From: Elusimicrobiota bacterium
GTDB lineage: Bacteria > Elusimicrobiota > Elusimicrobia > UBA1565
Direction: 5' to 3'
DNA length: 64,000 nucleotides
Assembly: GCA_043827405.1 (NCBI GenBank)
Contig: JBDRPD010000039.1
Location: 1-64,000, forward strand
Shown here piece by piece: positions 54,968-64,000 of this stretch. Made by a program: the position numbers and the translations under genes. The notes under the pieces were generated by a model. It was not told the origin of the DNA, did not search any database, and worked only from the letters and a program-made list of their open reading frames with translations. Positions within the stretch are counted from its first letter, which is position 1; each line of letters starts with the position of its first letter.

Positions 54968-55250
54968 GGTCACTCTCCTAATCTTCTCCGTTCTCCTGGC
55001 GGCCGGCTGCGCGAGGAGGGAGCATGTGCCCGAGCCCGCTGAGCGGCCGGCAAAAGCCGCTCCGTCTCCAACCTATACCGCATGCGGCTGCGGCTGCTGC
55101 CCCGGATTAAAACCGAAGCGGCGATGCCTTTACCGTGCAAAAGGCGACGATATGCGTGTGGTCGAGGAAAAGGATAAAAAAGTCGCGACCAGCCCGGACT
55201 GCGCCCTGATGGGCTGCAGTATGCCGGTCCGGTACGTCTACTGCGATTAG
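54951..55250 (+). CDS. Small Cys-rich lipoprotein
   Basis: Lipobox LLAAGC; ACGCGCCPG...RCLY...CALMGC...YCD. Confidence 0.65.
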   Translation: MGQRSKVTLLIFSVLLAAGCARREHVPEPAERPAKAAPSPTYTACGCGCCPGLKPKRRCLYRAKGDDMRVVEEKDKKVATSPDCALMGCSMPVRYVYCD

Positions 55251-55342
55251 GCGATCTCTCGTGCGGGAAGTGCATGACCCGACGACCCCGAGTGAGCAGT
55301 GTTAACGATGGCTTCAGCTGGCCGCATCCTTAAGAAGGGCCG

Positions 55343-56647
55343 CTAGCGTAAGCGGATAACGACGTCGGAGGACGTCCGGAGCATCGGCGTTTGATCGCGG
55401 TTTTGGCGACGGGCCGCATTCTGGACCTCGGGCTTGAGATAATCGTAAAGACTCTTCGCGGTAACTTGGCCGCCCTTGATCTGCGCCGCGCCATTGAGCC
55501 CTTTGAGAAGGTAGTACGTGAATAGACCGTGCCCCTGCTCTTCGATCGTGCCTGAGACCTGCTCGGCCTCAGATGCGCTGAAAGAGACTATCTTCTCTGA
55601 GGGGACCTTTCCGATGTCTACTTTCGTAACCAGAGGTCGCGTCCCCTTGGCGAGTATGGATCGCCCGCCCGCGCCTGAAAAACATGAATCCACCGCGACG
55701 AACACCCGCTTGGCTTTGAGCGCGGAAAGCTTTGCGTAAAGACGCTGTATCGGGTAGCCGGTGACCTCCAGGTAGGCGGGATCCCCGTCGACCGGAAGCA
55801 GATAGGCTTTGCCTGAGCCGATGTCGGGTGCTCCATGGCCGGAGTAGTAGAAGAAAACGGTCGAGAGTTCGGTGACATTTTTGGGAAGCCATACTTCGAT
55901 ATTTTTCTGGAGACCGCTCTTTGTGGCCTGCGAGTCCGTCAGGCTGACAATGTTGCGCTCGGGGTAGCCGAGCGACATGAGATGCCGCTTAACGGCGGTC
56001 GCGTCACGAGCCGCGTACTGGGCGCTGGGCAGGTCGGCGTAGTTCTCAATGCCGATGACCAATGCGAAGTTCTCGGCCTGCTCAGCGCTTCGATAGACCG
56101 GTGTGTCGACGTCAGAGGACAGCTTCGGTTCGGCCGGCGCAGTCGGTTTGGCGGTCTGCGCCGTGATGGCCTTCGCCAGGTTGGCCAGGTCCTCTGGGGA
56201 GAGGCCTGCCGCCGTTACGGCCGCCTTCGGTTCGCCGGCTTTCTTGAGCTGCACATACTCGATCTGCACCGGCAGTTGATCAAGTACCATGGCTTCCAAT
56301 TTCCTCCCACCAGAGGAACTGCCAATCGGCTCCCGGTACAAAGCTACAACCTCGGTCTGCGCTTCAGTCGGACCAGAAAGGATGTAGGCCTTCATTGAAA
56401 AGTGGGATAACGTGCTGTCACGCAGCGCTTCAATTCCTTCCGTGTCTTCCAGCACCGTCCACTCAGGGCTGGGGAATACTTTCATTACCTGTCTGAGCGC
56501 CGCACGGACATCCTCCTTTGGAGCATCATAGATGCGGCGGCGGCCTTCACTTGCGCGTAGTTGGGAGGCGTTCTTGACTGTCATTGAACAGGCCGTCAAA
56601 AGGATCGCCAAAGGTGCGGCAAGAAAAAAACCTATGGAACGCTTCAT
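55343..56647 (-). CDS. Caspase-family (peptidase C14) lipoprotein
   Basis: Lipobox LLTAC; ALVIGIENY, YYSGHG (His), DSCFSG (Cys), HGLFTYYLLKGL, DQTP. Confidence 0.9.
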   Translation of the reverse strand: MKRSIGFFLAAPLAILLTACSMTVKNASQLRASEGRRRIYDAPKEDVRAALRQVMKVFPSPEWTVLEDTEGIEALRDSTLSHFSMKAYILSGPTEAQTEVVALYREPIGSSSGGRKLEAMVLDQLPVQIEYVQLKKAGEPKAAVTAAGLSPEDLANLAKAITAQTAKPTAPAEPKLSSDVDTPVYRSAEQAENFALVIGIENYADLPSAQYAARDATAVKRHLMSLGYPERNIVSLTDSQATKSGLQKNIEVWLPKNVTELSTVFFYYSGHGAPDIGSGKAYLLPVDGDPAYLEVTGYPIQRLYAKLSALKAKRVFVAVDSCFSGAGGRSILAKGTRPLVTKVDIGKVPSEKIVSFSASEAEQVSGTIEEQGHGLFTYYLLKGLNGAAQIKGGQVTAKSLYDYLKPEVQNAARRQNRDQTPMLRTSSDVVIRLR

Positions 56648-56891
56648 TTTTCAGTCCCCCAAAGAATGGACAAAAGCATGTATCTCTCAGAGTACTTTAA
56701 TCCTTATCTGTGCACAAGGTGCAGGAAATTTGGTGTGCAGGAAATTTGGATTTAAGCTATCAGGTCCTCCCAAAATATCTATTAAACCCCTGGCGGCCGC
56801 CCCGCTCACTTCGCTCGGGGGCGACGTGTTCACTGATGCTGGCGCCGGCGTCTGTTCTTTGGTGTGAGTATTTGATATTAAGAGTAATCAC

Positions 56892-57398
56892 ATGCTGATA
56901 CGAGAGGAAGAAAAAAAGGATTGGACCCGCATCCATGCCCTTAATGCCGCGGCATTCGAAACGCCGGCCGAGGCCGATCTGGTAGACGCCTTGCGCAAAA
57001 GCGTGCAGCCGTACGTTTCGCTGGTCGCCGAGGAAGAGAAAAAAATCCTGGGGCATATCATGTTCACTCCGGTCTCTCTGTCCGGCCATCCCGACCTTAA
57101 GGTCATGGGCCTCGCGCCGATGGCCGTCGCGCCGGAACGCCAACGCCGGGGCATCGGCGCCAAGCTTGTGCGCGCCGGGCTCGAAAGGTGCGGGCAGCTG
57201 GGCTTCGGCGCCGTTGTCGTCTTGGGACATCCGGAGTATTATCCGCGCTTCGGCTTCACCGCGTCCGCGCGCTTCGGCATCGGCTGCGAGTTCGACGTGC
57301 CGGCGGACGTGTTTATGGTTATGGAGCTGCAGTCCGGCTACCTGCGCGAAAGATCCGGCACCATCAAGTACCACGCGGAATTCGGCAGGCTTTCCTAG
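56892..57398 (+). CDS. GNAT N-acetyltransferase (YhbS-like)
   Basis: EADLVDALR, GLAPMAVAPERQRRGIG, VLGHPEYYPRFGF. Confidence 0.93.
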   Translation: MLIREEEKKDWTRIHALNAAAFETPAEADLVDALRKSVQPYVSLVAEEEKKILGHIMFTPVSLSGHPDLKVMGLAPMAVAPERQRRGIGAKLVRAGLERCGQLGFGAVVVLGHPEYYPRFGFTASARFGIGCEFDVPADVFMVMELQSGYLRERSGTIKYHAEFGRLS

Positions 57399-60277
57399 GC
57401 TTTCGGTGCGGCCTTTTTCGAATCCTTCTCGCGCTCGCCGTTCTCCCATCCCTCGGGGTTGATCTTCTTGAGCCAGCGGGGGGCCAGCCATTCGAGGAGC
57501 GAGGTCAGGCTGATCCCGGTTGCGATGATGGCGATCGCCGCCTGGATCGGGACGATGTCGATGAGGATACCGATGAGCAGCGCGCCCAGCGCCATCAGGC
57601 CGACGTCGACCATGGTGAAAGCGGCGCTTACCTTGCCCACCATGTGGTTGGGAATCTGCTTGCGCCGTACCGGCGCCATGGCGATGCCCAGCGGGGTGGC
57701 GAGCATCGAGAGCATGAACTCAAAGAGCAGCAGCACCGCCATGGAGCCCGCAAACAGCGGGATCGACATGCCGGCGGCCGGGGCCGCGAAGAAAGTCGGG
57801 ATGAGCATGGCCCAGAAGGTCAGGCCGCTGATCGCGGCGGCGCGATAGAGCGCCCCGTGGCCCCACTTCTTGATGCGCTGGGCGCCCTTGGGACCGCTCG
57901 CCCAGCGTGAGCCGAGGTAGCGGCCGACCGCGCCCGCCGTGAGCATGAGCCCCATAATGCCTACCGGCGTGGTGAGCATGGAGCCGATGACCGGGACCGC
58001 GGCCAGCGCCGCCGTCGGCTTGATCACGTCGATGATGTAGTTGGGGATCACGACGAACATCAAGGCGTCCGCGATGAAGAGCTCGATGGCGGTGATCGCC
58101 ACCAGCAGCGAGAGCGTGTCCGAGCGCAGGATTACCGAGACGCCCTGGGTCGCTTCGATCTTGTCGAAGAAGCGCGCCATCTTCTCGCGCAGGTTCCAGC
58201 CCTTCTCCTTGAAAGGCACCTCACGCTCCTGCGCTTCTTTCAGGACCTCGGCATGCTCGGGGCTTACTTCATGCTGGCGTGACTTGAGCTTGGAGATCAG
58301 CCAGCGAACGCCGATATAGGGCAGCTTGAGGACGGTCCACAGCGGCATAAGGATATTGAGCGGGTTCTTCGACGGCTTCTGTTTGACGCTGGGATCGAAG
58401 TAGCGCGGGTCGCGCACCATCAGGATGAAGATCGGGATCGAGAGCAGCAGCATCAGGGCGTAGCCGGCATAAGCCGCGGCGTAGCCGCCCGGGCTGCCGA
58501 AGGCCACGACCAGCTGGCTGACGACCCAGGCCGCGGCGGCCGGGATCACCAGGCCGCTGACGGCCGAGACCTTGGTCCCGAAGGCGGTGCCCTCGCGGAC
58601 CACGTTCTCGTCGCGGCCGAGGAAGCTGTCGCGGGAGGCGGTGTCGGAGTTCGTCATGAGGCTCTGGAACATCGGGTTGAGGGCGACGATGCCGATCAGC
58701 ACCGCGAAAGTCATATAGCCGCTGAAGAAGAGCACCGGAATCAGTCCCATCAGGAGCGCCCGTGCGACCGAGGTCCAGATGAACATGGTCTTGAAATCCG
58801 TCTTGTCGATGGCCGGTCCGATGGGGAGGAAGCTCGAGGCGCTGTAGGCGCCGAAATGGACATTGCGGATCACGCCCATCATGGTCTTGCTGCCGGTGAG
58901 GCCGTAGACCAGGTAGGGCTGGGCCGAGATGTGCATGTAGATGCCGAACATGATGAAGACCGTATGGCCGAGGACGAGCCCCTTGAGCGAGCGGGGGATC
59001 TCGATCTTCCCGGGCAGGAAGGGCATGCCCTCTTCGATGCTCTTGTCGTAGAGGGGTTCCATGACTTCGCTGATCACGTAGCCGAGCCGGGTTCCGAAAT
59101 CGCGGTTGCCAACGCTGGGGCCGTCGGCGAGCAGTTCCTTCATCTTCGCCGCGGGTTCGCCGTCGCGGCCTTCCAGGGAGGCGTAAAGTCCTGCCATGAA
59201 GCGCTGATCACGGGCCCGCATCTTCTTGCGCAGGCCGAACTTGAAGCGGTCGCCCAAAGACGGCGCCGGCATGATGAGCTGCTTGCCCGGCCGCCAGGCC
59301 GCTCCGGTCAGGTAGCCCTGGACATAGTCCGCATCCTGCAGGTTCTCGCGCAGGGCGGGATGGTTCGTATCCATCCCGGCGAGCGATTCGGCGAGCGCGG
59401 TGTTGATCTGTTCGTCGGAGGCCTGTTCGGTCCGGGCGAGGAACTGCTGGCCGGTCGCTTCGTCCCGGTGCAGCTCGGCGATGCGGTAGGCCAGGCCCTT
59501 GATGAACTTCGCCCGCTCTCTGCCCGCGGGCAGCTCGAGCGCGGTTCCCTGCTGATAGACGCTCGCCGCTACATAGCCCGCTTTGAAATAGCCTTCATGA
59601 AGGTCGAAAAGGAGGTGTTCCTGCTCTTTGGCCGCTTTGGGGGTCTGGGGTCTTGCCGGCTCGGTCTTGGCGCGGCCCTGGACCGCTGAACTGCGGCGGA
59701 GCAGGCGGTTTTTTAGTGAGGCGAAAACGCCGCTTTTGACGGAGACGGGCGCTGCGTCCTCCGACTTCGCCGCTTCAACCGTGAAGTCGGCGTCCTTTTT
59801 GATCTCGCTGCTGGAGAGGTTCGCGATGCCGGCGGTGAGCTTGCCTGACGTTTTTGCGATCGCGGAAAGCCGCGCTTTGAGCGCAGGGGCGGCGCTCTTC
59901 TTCGCCTCTGCAGTAGCGGCGGCGGCCCCGCTGCCGGTGTCGGTCTTGATCGACTGGACGGTGCCGGCGGCGCCGACCTGCAGCTGCTTGGTTCCGACTC
60001 CCTGGGAAATCGGGAGCGCAACGGACGGCAGGACGGAGATGAGCGGCGCCTTGCCGACGCTGTTTAGGGAAATGCCGGAGAAGTCTCCGCCCGGTATGCG
60101 GGAGACGCCGCCCGCGGTGCCGGCGGCATTGGATCCGGGGGCGACGGCCTTGACCGGCGCCTTGAAGACCATGGCGGCGGCTTCATAGGCTCCCGTGCCG
60201 GGAGCGGCGATAACAAGGGATGTCGCGAGAATGGCGGCGATTGCTTGGCGGCGCGGGGAAGTCGTTCTCTTATTCAT
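57395..60277 (-). CDS. Signal-peptide/leader-bearing protein with C-terminal MFS transporter domain (960 aa)
   Basis: Signal peptide, Ala/Gly/Ser-rich leader, soluble helical region, then ~12 TMs (LVYGLTGSKTMMG, RKQIPNHMVGKVSAAF, typical of the H+-antiporter/EntS-like MFS). Confidence 0.75.
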   Translation of the reverse strand: MNKRTTSPRRQAIAAILATSLVIAAPGTGAYEAAAMVFKAPVKAVAPGSNAAGTAGGVSRIPGGDFSGISLNSVGKAPLISVLPSVALPISQGVGTKQLQVGAAGTVQSIKTDTGSGAAAATAEAKKSAAPALKARLSAIAKTSGKLTAGIANLSSSEIKKDADFTVEAAKSEDAAPVSVKSGVFASLKNRLLRRSSAVQGRAKTEPARPQTPKAAKEQEHLLFDLHEGYFKAGYVAASVYQQGTALELPAGRERAKFIKGLAYRIAELHRDEATGQQFLARTEQASDEQINTALAESLAGMDTNHPALRENLQDADYVQGYLTGAAWRPGKQLIMPAPSLGDRFKFGLRKKMRARDQRFMAGLYASLEGRDGEPAAKMKELLADGPSVGNRDFGTRLGYVISEVMEPLYDKSIEEGMPFLPGKIEIPRSLKGLVLGHTVFIMFGIYMHISAQPYLVYGLTGSKTMMGVIRNVHFGAYSASSFLPIGPAIDKTDFKTMFIWTSVARALLMGLIPVLFFSGYMTFAVLIGIVALNPMFQSLMTNSDTASRDSFLGRDENVVREGTAFGTKVSAVSGLVIPAAAAWVVSQLVVAFGSPGGYAAAYAGYALMLLLSIPIFILMVRDPRYFDPSVKQKPSKNPLNILMPLWTVLKLPYIGVRWLISKLKSRQHEVSPEHAEVLKEAQEREVPFKEKGWNLREKMARFFDKIEATQGVSVILRSDTLSLLVAITAIELFIADALMFVVIPNYIIDVIKPTAALAAVPVIGSMLTTPVGIMGLMLTAGAVGRYLGSRWASGPKGAQRIKKWGHGALYRAAAISGLTFWAMLIPTFFAAPAAGMSIPLFAGSMAVLLLFEFMLSMLATPLGIAMAPVRRKQIPNHMVGKVSAAFTMVDVGLMALGALLIGILIDIVPIQAAIAIIATGISLTSLLEWLAPRWLKKINPEGWENGEREKDSKKAAPKA

Positions 60278-60377
60278 CTTGTTATAGTCTAAAGGAACAG
60301 GACATTAGGCGGCAGGGTCTCCCGGGGAAGTAATAAACGGAAGAGGACCTAGGCCTTTTTGGGCCCTCGAGGGGGGG

Positions 60378-61106
60378 CTATGCCGAGAGCCGGTAGCGCA
60401 GCGTCTGGATGAAAGCCTTGGCCGCGACGCCGATCACCGCCGCGGGGTTGGCGCCGAAGGAGGAGACGGACTTGACCCGGGCTTCGTGACGCACGGGGTG
60501 CTGGAATATGCGCAGGGCGTTCCTGATCGCGAAGCCGCTGATAAGGACATTGGGCGCGAAGGTGTCGTCCGGGATGGCGGCGAAGGCGCTCTGGAAGCGC
60601 GCCGTCCGCATCAGCCGGTAGGGGCAGTTTACGTCGTCTACCCCGGAGCCGAAGAGCAGCCGGGAGGCGAGGATGCAGAACGCGGTCAGCCATTTGCGCA
60701 GCAGCGGCTGGCGGCGCTGGACGCGGCGGGCGATCAGGAAGTCATGATCCTTCCGTTCGCTCCAGAGGGCGGCGAAGTCCTCCGGGCGCATCTCGCCGTC
60801 GGAGTCGATCTGCATGATCCAGGTGAAGTCCGAGGCTTCGCGGTAGCCGCGCAGGATGGTGGGGCCGTGGCCGGAATTGGGCTTGTCGATGACCTTTACG
60901 GTCTTCACCTCACGTTCCAGGGTCCGCAGTTCCTTCAGGGTATCGTCCCGGGAGCCGTCATTGTAGGCGAAGATCGTGTGGCGGATCGACAGGGCGTCCA
61001 AGGCTCGAGCCCAGTCCGCGAGGGCTTGCGCGGCGACGCCGGCTTCATTGTAGACGGGAGCGACCAGCGCGAGGCTGTCGGCATCCTTAATATCTATACT
61101 TACCAT
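60378..61106 (-). CDS. Glycosyltransferase family 2 (Dpm1/ArnC-like)
   Basis: APVYNE, NDGSRD, NSGHG, QIDSDG, DVNCPYRL. Start uncertain. Confidence 0.88.
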   Translation of the reverse strand: MVSIDIKDADSLALVAPVYNEAGVAAQALADWARALDALSIRHTIFAYNDGSRDDTLKELRTLEREVKTVKVIDKPNSGHGPTILRGYREASDFTWIMQIDSDGEMRPEDFAALWSERKDHDFLIARRVQRRQPLLRKWLTAFCILASRLLFGSGVDDVNCPYRLMRTARFQSAFAAIPDDTFAPNVLISGFAIRNALRIFQHPVRHEARVKSVSSFGANPAAVIGVAAKAFIQTLRYRLSA

Positions 61107-62567
61107 GTGAAAACACGCGGCCGGACGGCGGCACTTCTGCTTTTGATCTTACTATTAAAGGTGCTGCTGTTTGCTCCCTTCCTGCAGGAGCCGCTGGAGC
61201 GCGACGAGGGAGCCTACGGCTACGCCGCTCAGGTGCTGCTCGACGGCGGGGTGCCCTATCGGGATTCGTTTGACCATAAGCCGCCGCTGGTCTACTTCAT
61301 CTACGCGGTGATCGTAAAAATCGCCGGACCAACACTGACGGGCGTCCGCTTGTTCACGCTCGGCTGGGGGCTGCTGGCTGTGTTGGCCGTCGGCGGTGCC
61401 GGCTGGCTGCTGTGGGGGAGGGGGGCCGGTCTGGCGGCCGCCTTTTTGTACGCGCTGTTTTCCGGCGGGCCGCTGATCTACGGGACCTCGGCCAATACCG
61501 AGACCTTCATGGTACTGCCGCTGCTCCTGGCCCTGCTGTGCTTTATCTGCCAGCAGCGGGACCTGCGGCCCAACGGCGCCGCGGTGCCCTGGCTGTTTCT
61601 CGCCGGATTGTTCTCGGGGCTGGCGGTAATGCTCAAGCAGACCGCGGTCTTCAATATGCTGGTCTTCCTGCCCTTTCTTCTGCGCGGGCGGCGTGGTCTG
61701 GCGCGGCGCCTGCTGCAGCTGGCGGCCGGCGCCGCGGTCGTACCGCTGCTGCTGGCCGCCTACTTCGCGGTCCGGGGCGCCTGGTCCGATTTCTTCTACT
61801 GCACCGTCCTCGTCAATAAGAAATATCTCGCGACCGTTCCCGGTGGTTTTTGGACGCGCTTATCCGAGGGGCTGGCGATCACGTTCAATATCGCCCTGCT
61901 GGAGAATGCCTGGCTGTGGATATTCAGCCTGCTGGCGCTCGGCTTGATTATGCGGCGCGACCGCCGCCGGGAGAATATCCTAGTCGTGCTCTGGGGCTTC
62001 GCCTCGCTGCTCGCGGTGACGCTTTCAGGACTATTTTTGGGACACTACTATATCCAGGTCATCCCGGCGCTTTGCCTGCTGTCGGCCTACGGCATCGTGG
62101 AGTTCAAACAGCGTGCCGATCTCTACAAAAAGGCGGCGCTCATCTTTCTGTGCCATATCCCGCTGATTTACGTGCTGCCCTTCCAGACGCCGTTCTATCT
62201 TAAGTACTCGCCGGAGCGCATCTCCGAGCTCAAGTACAAGAGCCGGCGCTTCGCCGTATCTCGGCGTTTGGCGCAGGAGCTGCAAGGCATCCTCAAGCCG
62301 GAGGATACGATCTTCGTCTGGGCGGCGAACCCCGAACTCTATTTTTATTTGGCCAAGAGAGCGCCGACGCGCTACTTTACCTATCTCCCCTGGATGCATG
62401 AGCCGGCGATCCTCGACGGCATCATTTCCGACGTGACCGCCGCCCGCCCTGACTACTTCATCTGGACCGACTACGGGCTCAAGAGCGAGCGGCTGAGCGC
62501 GCTCATCGAGAAGGAATACCGTTTCTTCCTAGCCATCGACAGCTGGAAAGTTTTCAAGCGGCGGTAG
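61107..62567 (+). CDS. GT-C family (GT39/ArnT-like) membrane glycosyltransferase
   Basis: RDEGAY, PYRDSFDHKPP, ANTE, LKQ, GHYYIQ; many TMs. The upstream part of the 60486 ORF is antisense shadow of GT2, so the real start is likely GTG 61107. Confidence 0.85.
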   Translation: MKTRGRTAALLLLILLLKVLLFAPFLQEPLERDEGAYGYAAQVLLDGGVPYRDSFDHKPPLVYFIYAVIVKIAGPTLTGVRLFTLGWGLLAVLAVGGAGWLLWGRGAGLAAAFLYALFSGGPLIYGTSANTETFMVLPLLLALLCFICQQRDLRPNGAAVPWLFLAGLFSGLAVMLKQTAVFNMLVFLPFLLRGRRGLARRLLQLAAGAAVVPLLLAAYFAVRGAWSDFFYCTVLVNKKYLATVPGGFWTRLSEGLAITFNIALLENAWLWIFSLLALGLIMRRDRRRENILVVLWGFASLLAVTLSGLFLGHYYIQVIPALCLLSAYGIVEFKQRADLYKKAALIFLCHIPLIYVLPFQTPFYLKYSPERISELKYKSRRFAVSRRLAQELQGILKPEDTIFVWAANPELYFYLAKRAPTRYFTYLPWMHEPAILDGIISDVTAARPDYFIWTDYGLKSERLSALIEKEYRFFLAIDSWKVFKRR

Positions 62568-64000
62568 GCGGGGCGGGCTGCCGCTCCCGCAGGACGGTGA
62601 GTTCCCTAAGCAGTGCGGCCTTCTCTTCTTTCCAGGTTTTTTCCTTGGCCTGCAGGGTTTGTTCAAGGCGCTGCCGCAGCTCCGCGGCCTGAGTTTTCAG
62701 CTCGCGTTCCTTTTTCTCCTGGGCTTCGCGCAGGCCGCTCAGGTCCTGCAGCAGTTCGGCTCGGCGCCGTTCCCAAGCCGCCTCATTGTCGCGCAGAGCG
62801 TTCTCTGCTGCGGACCGCTTCGCCTGCAGTTGTCCTTTAAACAGCAGCTCCTTGCGCTGCGCTTCGCGTTTCTCGCCCTGCAGCGCTTCGTCCGCCCGGA
62901 CCAGGCGCGCTTCGAGTTCGCGCGCCTTCCGCGCCCAGTGCGCCGGCGTGAGGTCGGTTCGTTCTCTGTCCCAGCGGCGCTGGCGCAGCTCGGCGGCTTC
63001 ATGCAGGTCCTTTATTTCTTTGCGCAGGCCCGTCAGTTCCTGTTCTCCGGCCTGGCGCATGTTCTCCAACGCGCGCGCCAGGCTTTGCCGCAGTTCTTCG
63101 GCCTCCTCGGCCCAGGCGGCCTGCCGGATTTTAAAATCGTCCGCCTGTATCCGCAGCCGGTTGGAAGCTCGCTGCTCGGCGGTCTGTGCCGCCTCCAGCC
63201 GCTGCAGGTGCTCTTGTGTTTTTTGTTCCTGCTGAGCGGCATTTTCGCGCAGCTCTGCGATTTGCTCGCGCAGGCCGGCCTTCTCCTGCTCCCAGATTTC
63301 CGCCGCCCGCGCATGTTCATTCACGCGCTCTTCCAGCGCCGCGCGTTCCGCCTCAATAAGCCGCTGCTGGGTCTGCTGCGCCTGTTCGTCTCTCTCGTCC
63401 GCGGCGTCGCGCAGCGTGTCGATCTGCCGCAGCAGGCTGGATTTCTCCCGCTCCCAAAGTTCCCGTGCGCGCTCAAGAGCGTCGTCGATCCCCTGCTTCG
63501 CGTCCTGTTCCGTCTGCTGCGCCTGCTTGTCTCTCTCAGCGGCGGTGTCGCGCAGCTCGTTGATCCGTTTCTCGAGCTGCGCCTTATCCTGCGCCCACTG
63601 CTCCGCCGCTCGCGCCTGCGCTGCGACGCGCTCCTCCAGCGCGGCGCTTTGGGCGTTCTGCGCCTGCTTGCCGCGCTCGATTAGTTCCGTGCGCTGAGCT
63701 TCGAGTTCCTGTTGGGCGGACTGCTCGGCGTCGCGGAGGCTTTGCCGCAGGTCCTCGACTTCCGCGGCAAGGAGCGCCCGCCGCTCCTGAAAATCGTCTT
63801 CCAGCAGCCGAATCTTATGCCGCGCGCGCTGCTCGGATGCCTGCGCTTCCTCCAGGTTTTGCTCGAGTTCGCGGATGGCCCGGCCCCGTTCGGCCGCCTT
63901 TCCGCGCAGTTCATCGAGCTCTTCTCGCAGGCCGGCCTGCTCCTCCGTCCGCCTGGCGGTGAGCTGTTTCTGCGCGGCGGCCTCGGAACGCTCCGCTTCA
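62554..64000 (-). CDS. Long coiled-coil protein, C-terminal part; 5' end lies beyond the window
   Basis: The frame of ORF 62554..63324 appears open to the window end (EAERSEAAAQKQL...). E/Q/R/A/L heptads with periodic W. Confidence 0.8.
   Translation of the reverse strand, partial: EAERSEAAAQKQLTARRTEEQAGLREELDELRGKAAERGRAIRELEQNLEEAQASEQRARHKIRLLEDDFQERRALLAAEVEDLRQSLRDAEQSAQQELEAQRTELIERGKQAQNAQSAALEERVAAQARAAEQWAQDKAQLEKRINELRDTAAERDKQAQQTEQDAKQGIDDALERARELWEREKSSLLRQIDTLRDAADERDEQAQQTQQRLIEAERAALEERVNEHARAAEIWEQEKAGLREQIAELRENAAQQEQKTQEHLQRLEAAQTAEQRASNRLRIQADDFKIRQAAWAEEAEELRQSLARALENMRQAGEQELTGLRKEIKDLHEAAELRQRRWDRERTDLTPAHWARKARELEARLVRADEALQGEKREAQRKELLFKGQLQAKRSAAENALRDNEAAWERRRAELLQDLSGLREAQEKKERELKTQAAELRQRLEQTLQAKEKTWKEEKAALLRELTVLRERQPAPPTAA

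Noticed and set aside
60486..61106. N-terminal 207 aa of the 693-aa ORF, and similar extensions (51197-51535, 27594-27716, 31280-31333, 6700-6852)
   Set aside because: They overlap real neighbouring genes or promoter DNA. Downstream starts fit domain boundaries, gene coupling or promoter position better.
62554..64000. SMC or phage tape-measure assignment for the coiled-coil protein
   Set aside because: No Walker B or signature motif at the C-terminus and no phage genes nearby; only a partial sequence is visible.

Overview
GC-rich bacterial chromosomal window with about 45 CDS and no intact rRNA or tRNA gene, CRISPR array or transposase that I can recognise. The protein style suggests Elusimicrobiota or a related diderm lineage (inference): an FN3-repeat surface protein with a T9SS/FlgD-like CTD next to a PorV-like barrel, and signal-peptide plus Ala/Gly-rich leaders on ordinary enzymes. 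Main content: (1) a promoter-driven tRNA-Tyr(GTA) 5' half broken exactly at the anticodon loop, with arm-like direct repeats, which looks like an integration junction; (2) a ~17 kb variant pel-like exopolysaccharide operon (20355-37453) headed by a secreted kinase-fold protein, with split PelA whose deacetylase half appears to have lost catalytic residues, split PelB, PelD with a long coiled-coil/repeat extension, an extra HEAT protein, pelF, pelG, an MFS and no pelC; (3) three unrelated proteins (PPK2, nucleotidyltransferase, MFS) sharing a similar export-type N-terminal leader; (4) two secreted atypical kinases, an NTT-type nucleotide transporter and a signal-peptide PPK2, hinting at extracytoplasmic ATP use; (5) a glycan-modification cluster (asnB-like, two B12 radical SAMs, GT2, glf); (6) many genes that appear to be transcribed leaderless. 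All family assignments come from reading motifs by eye, not from database searches.
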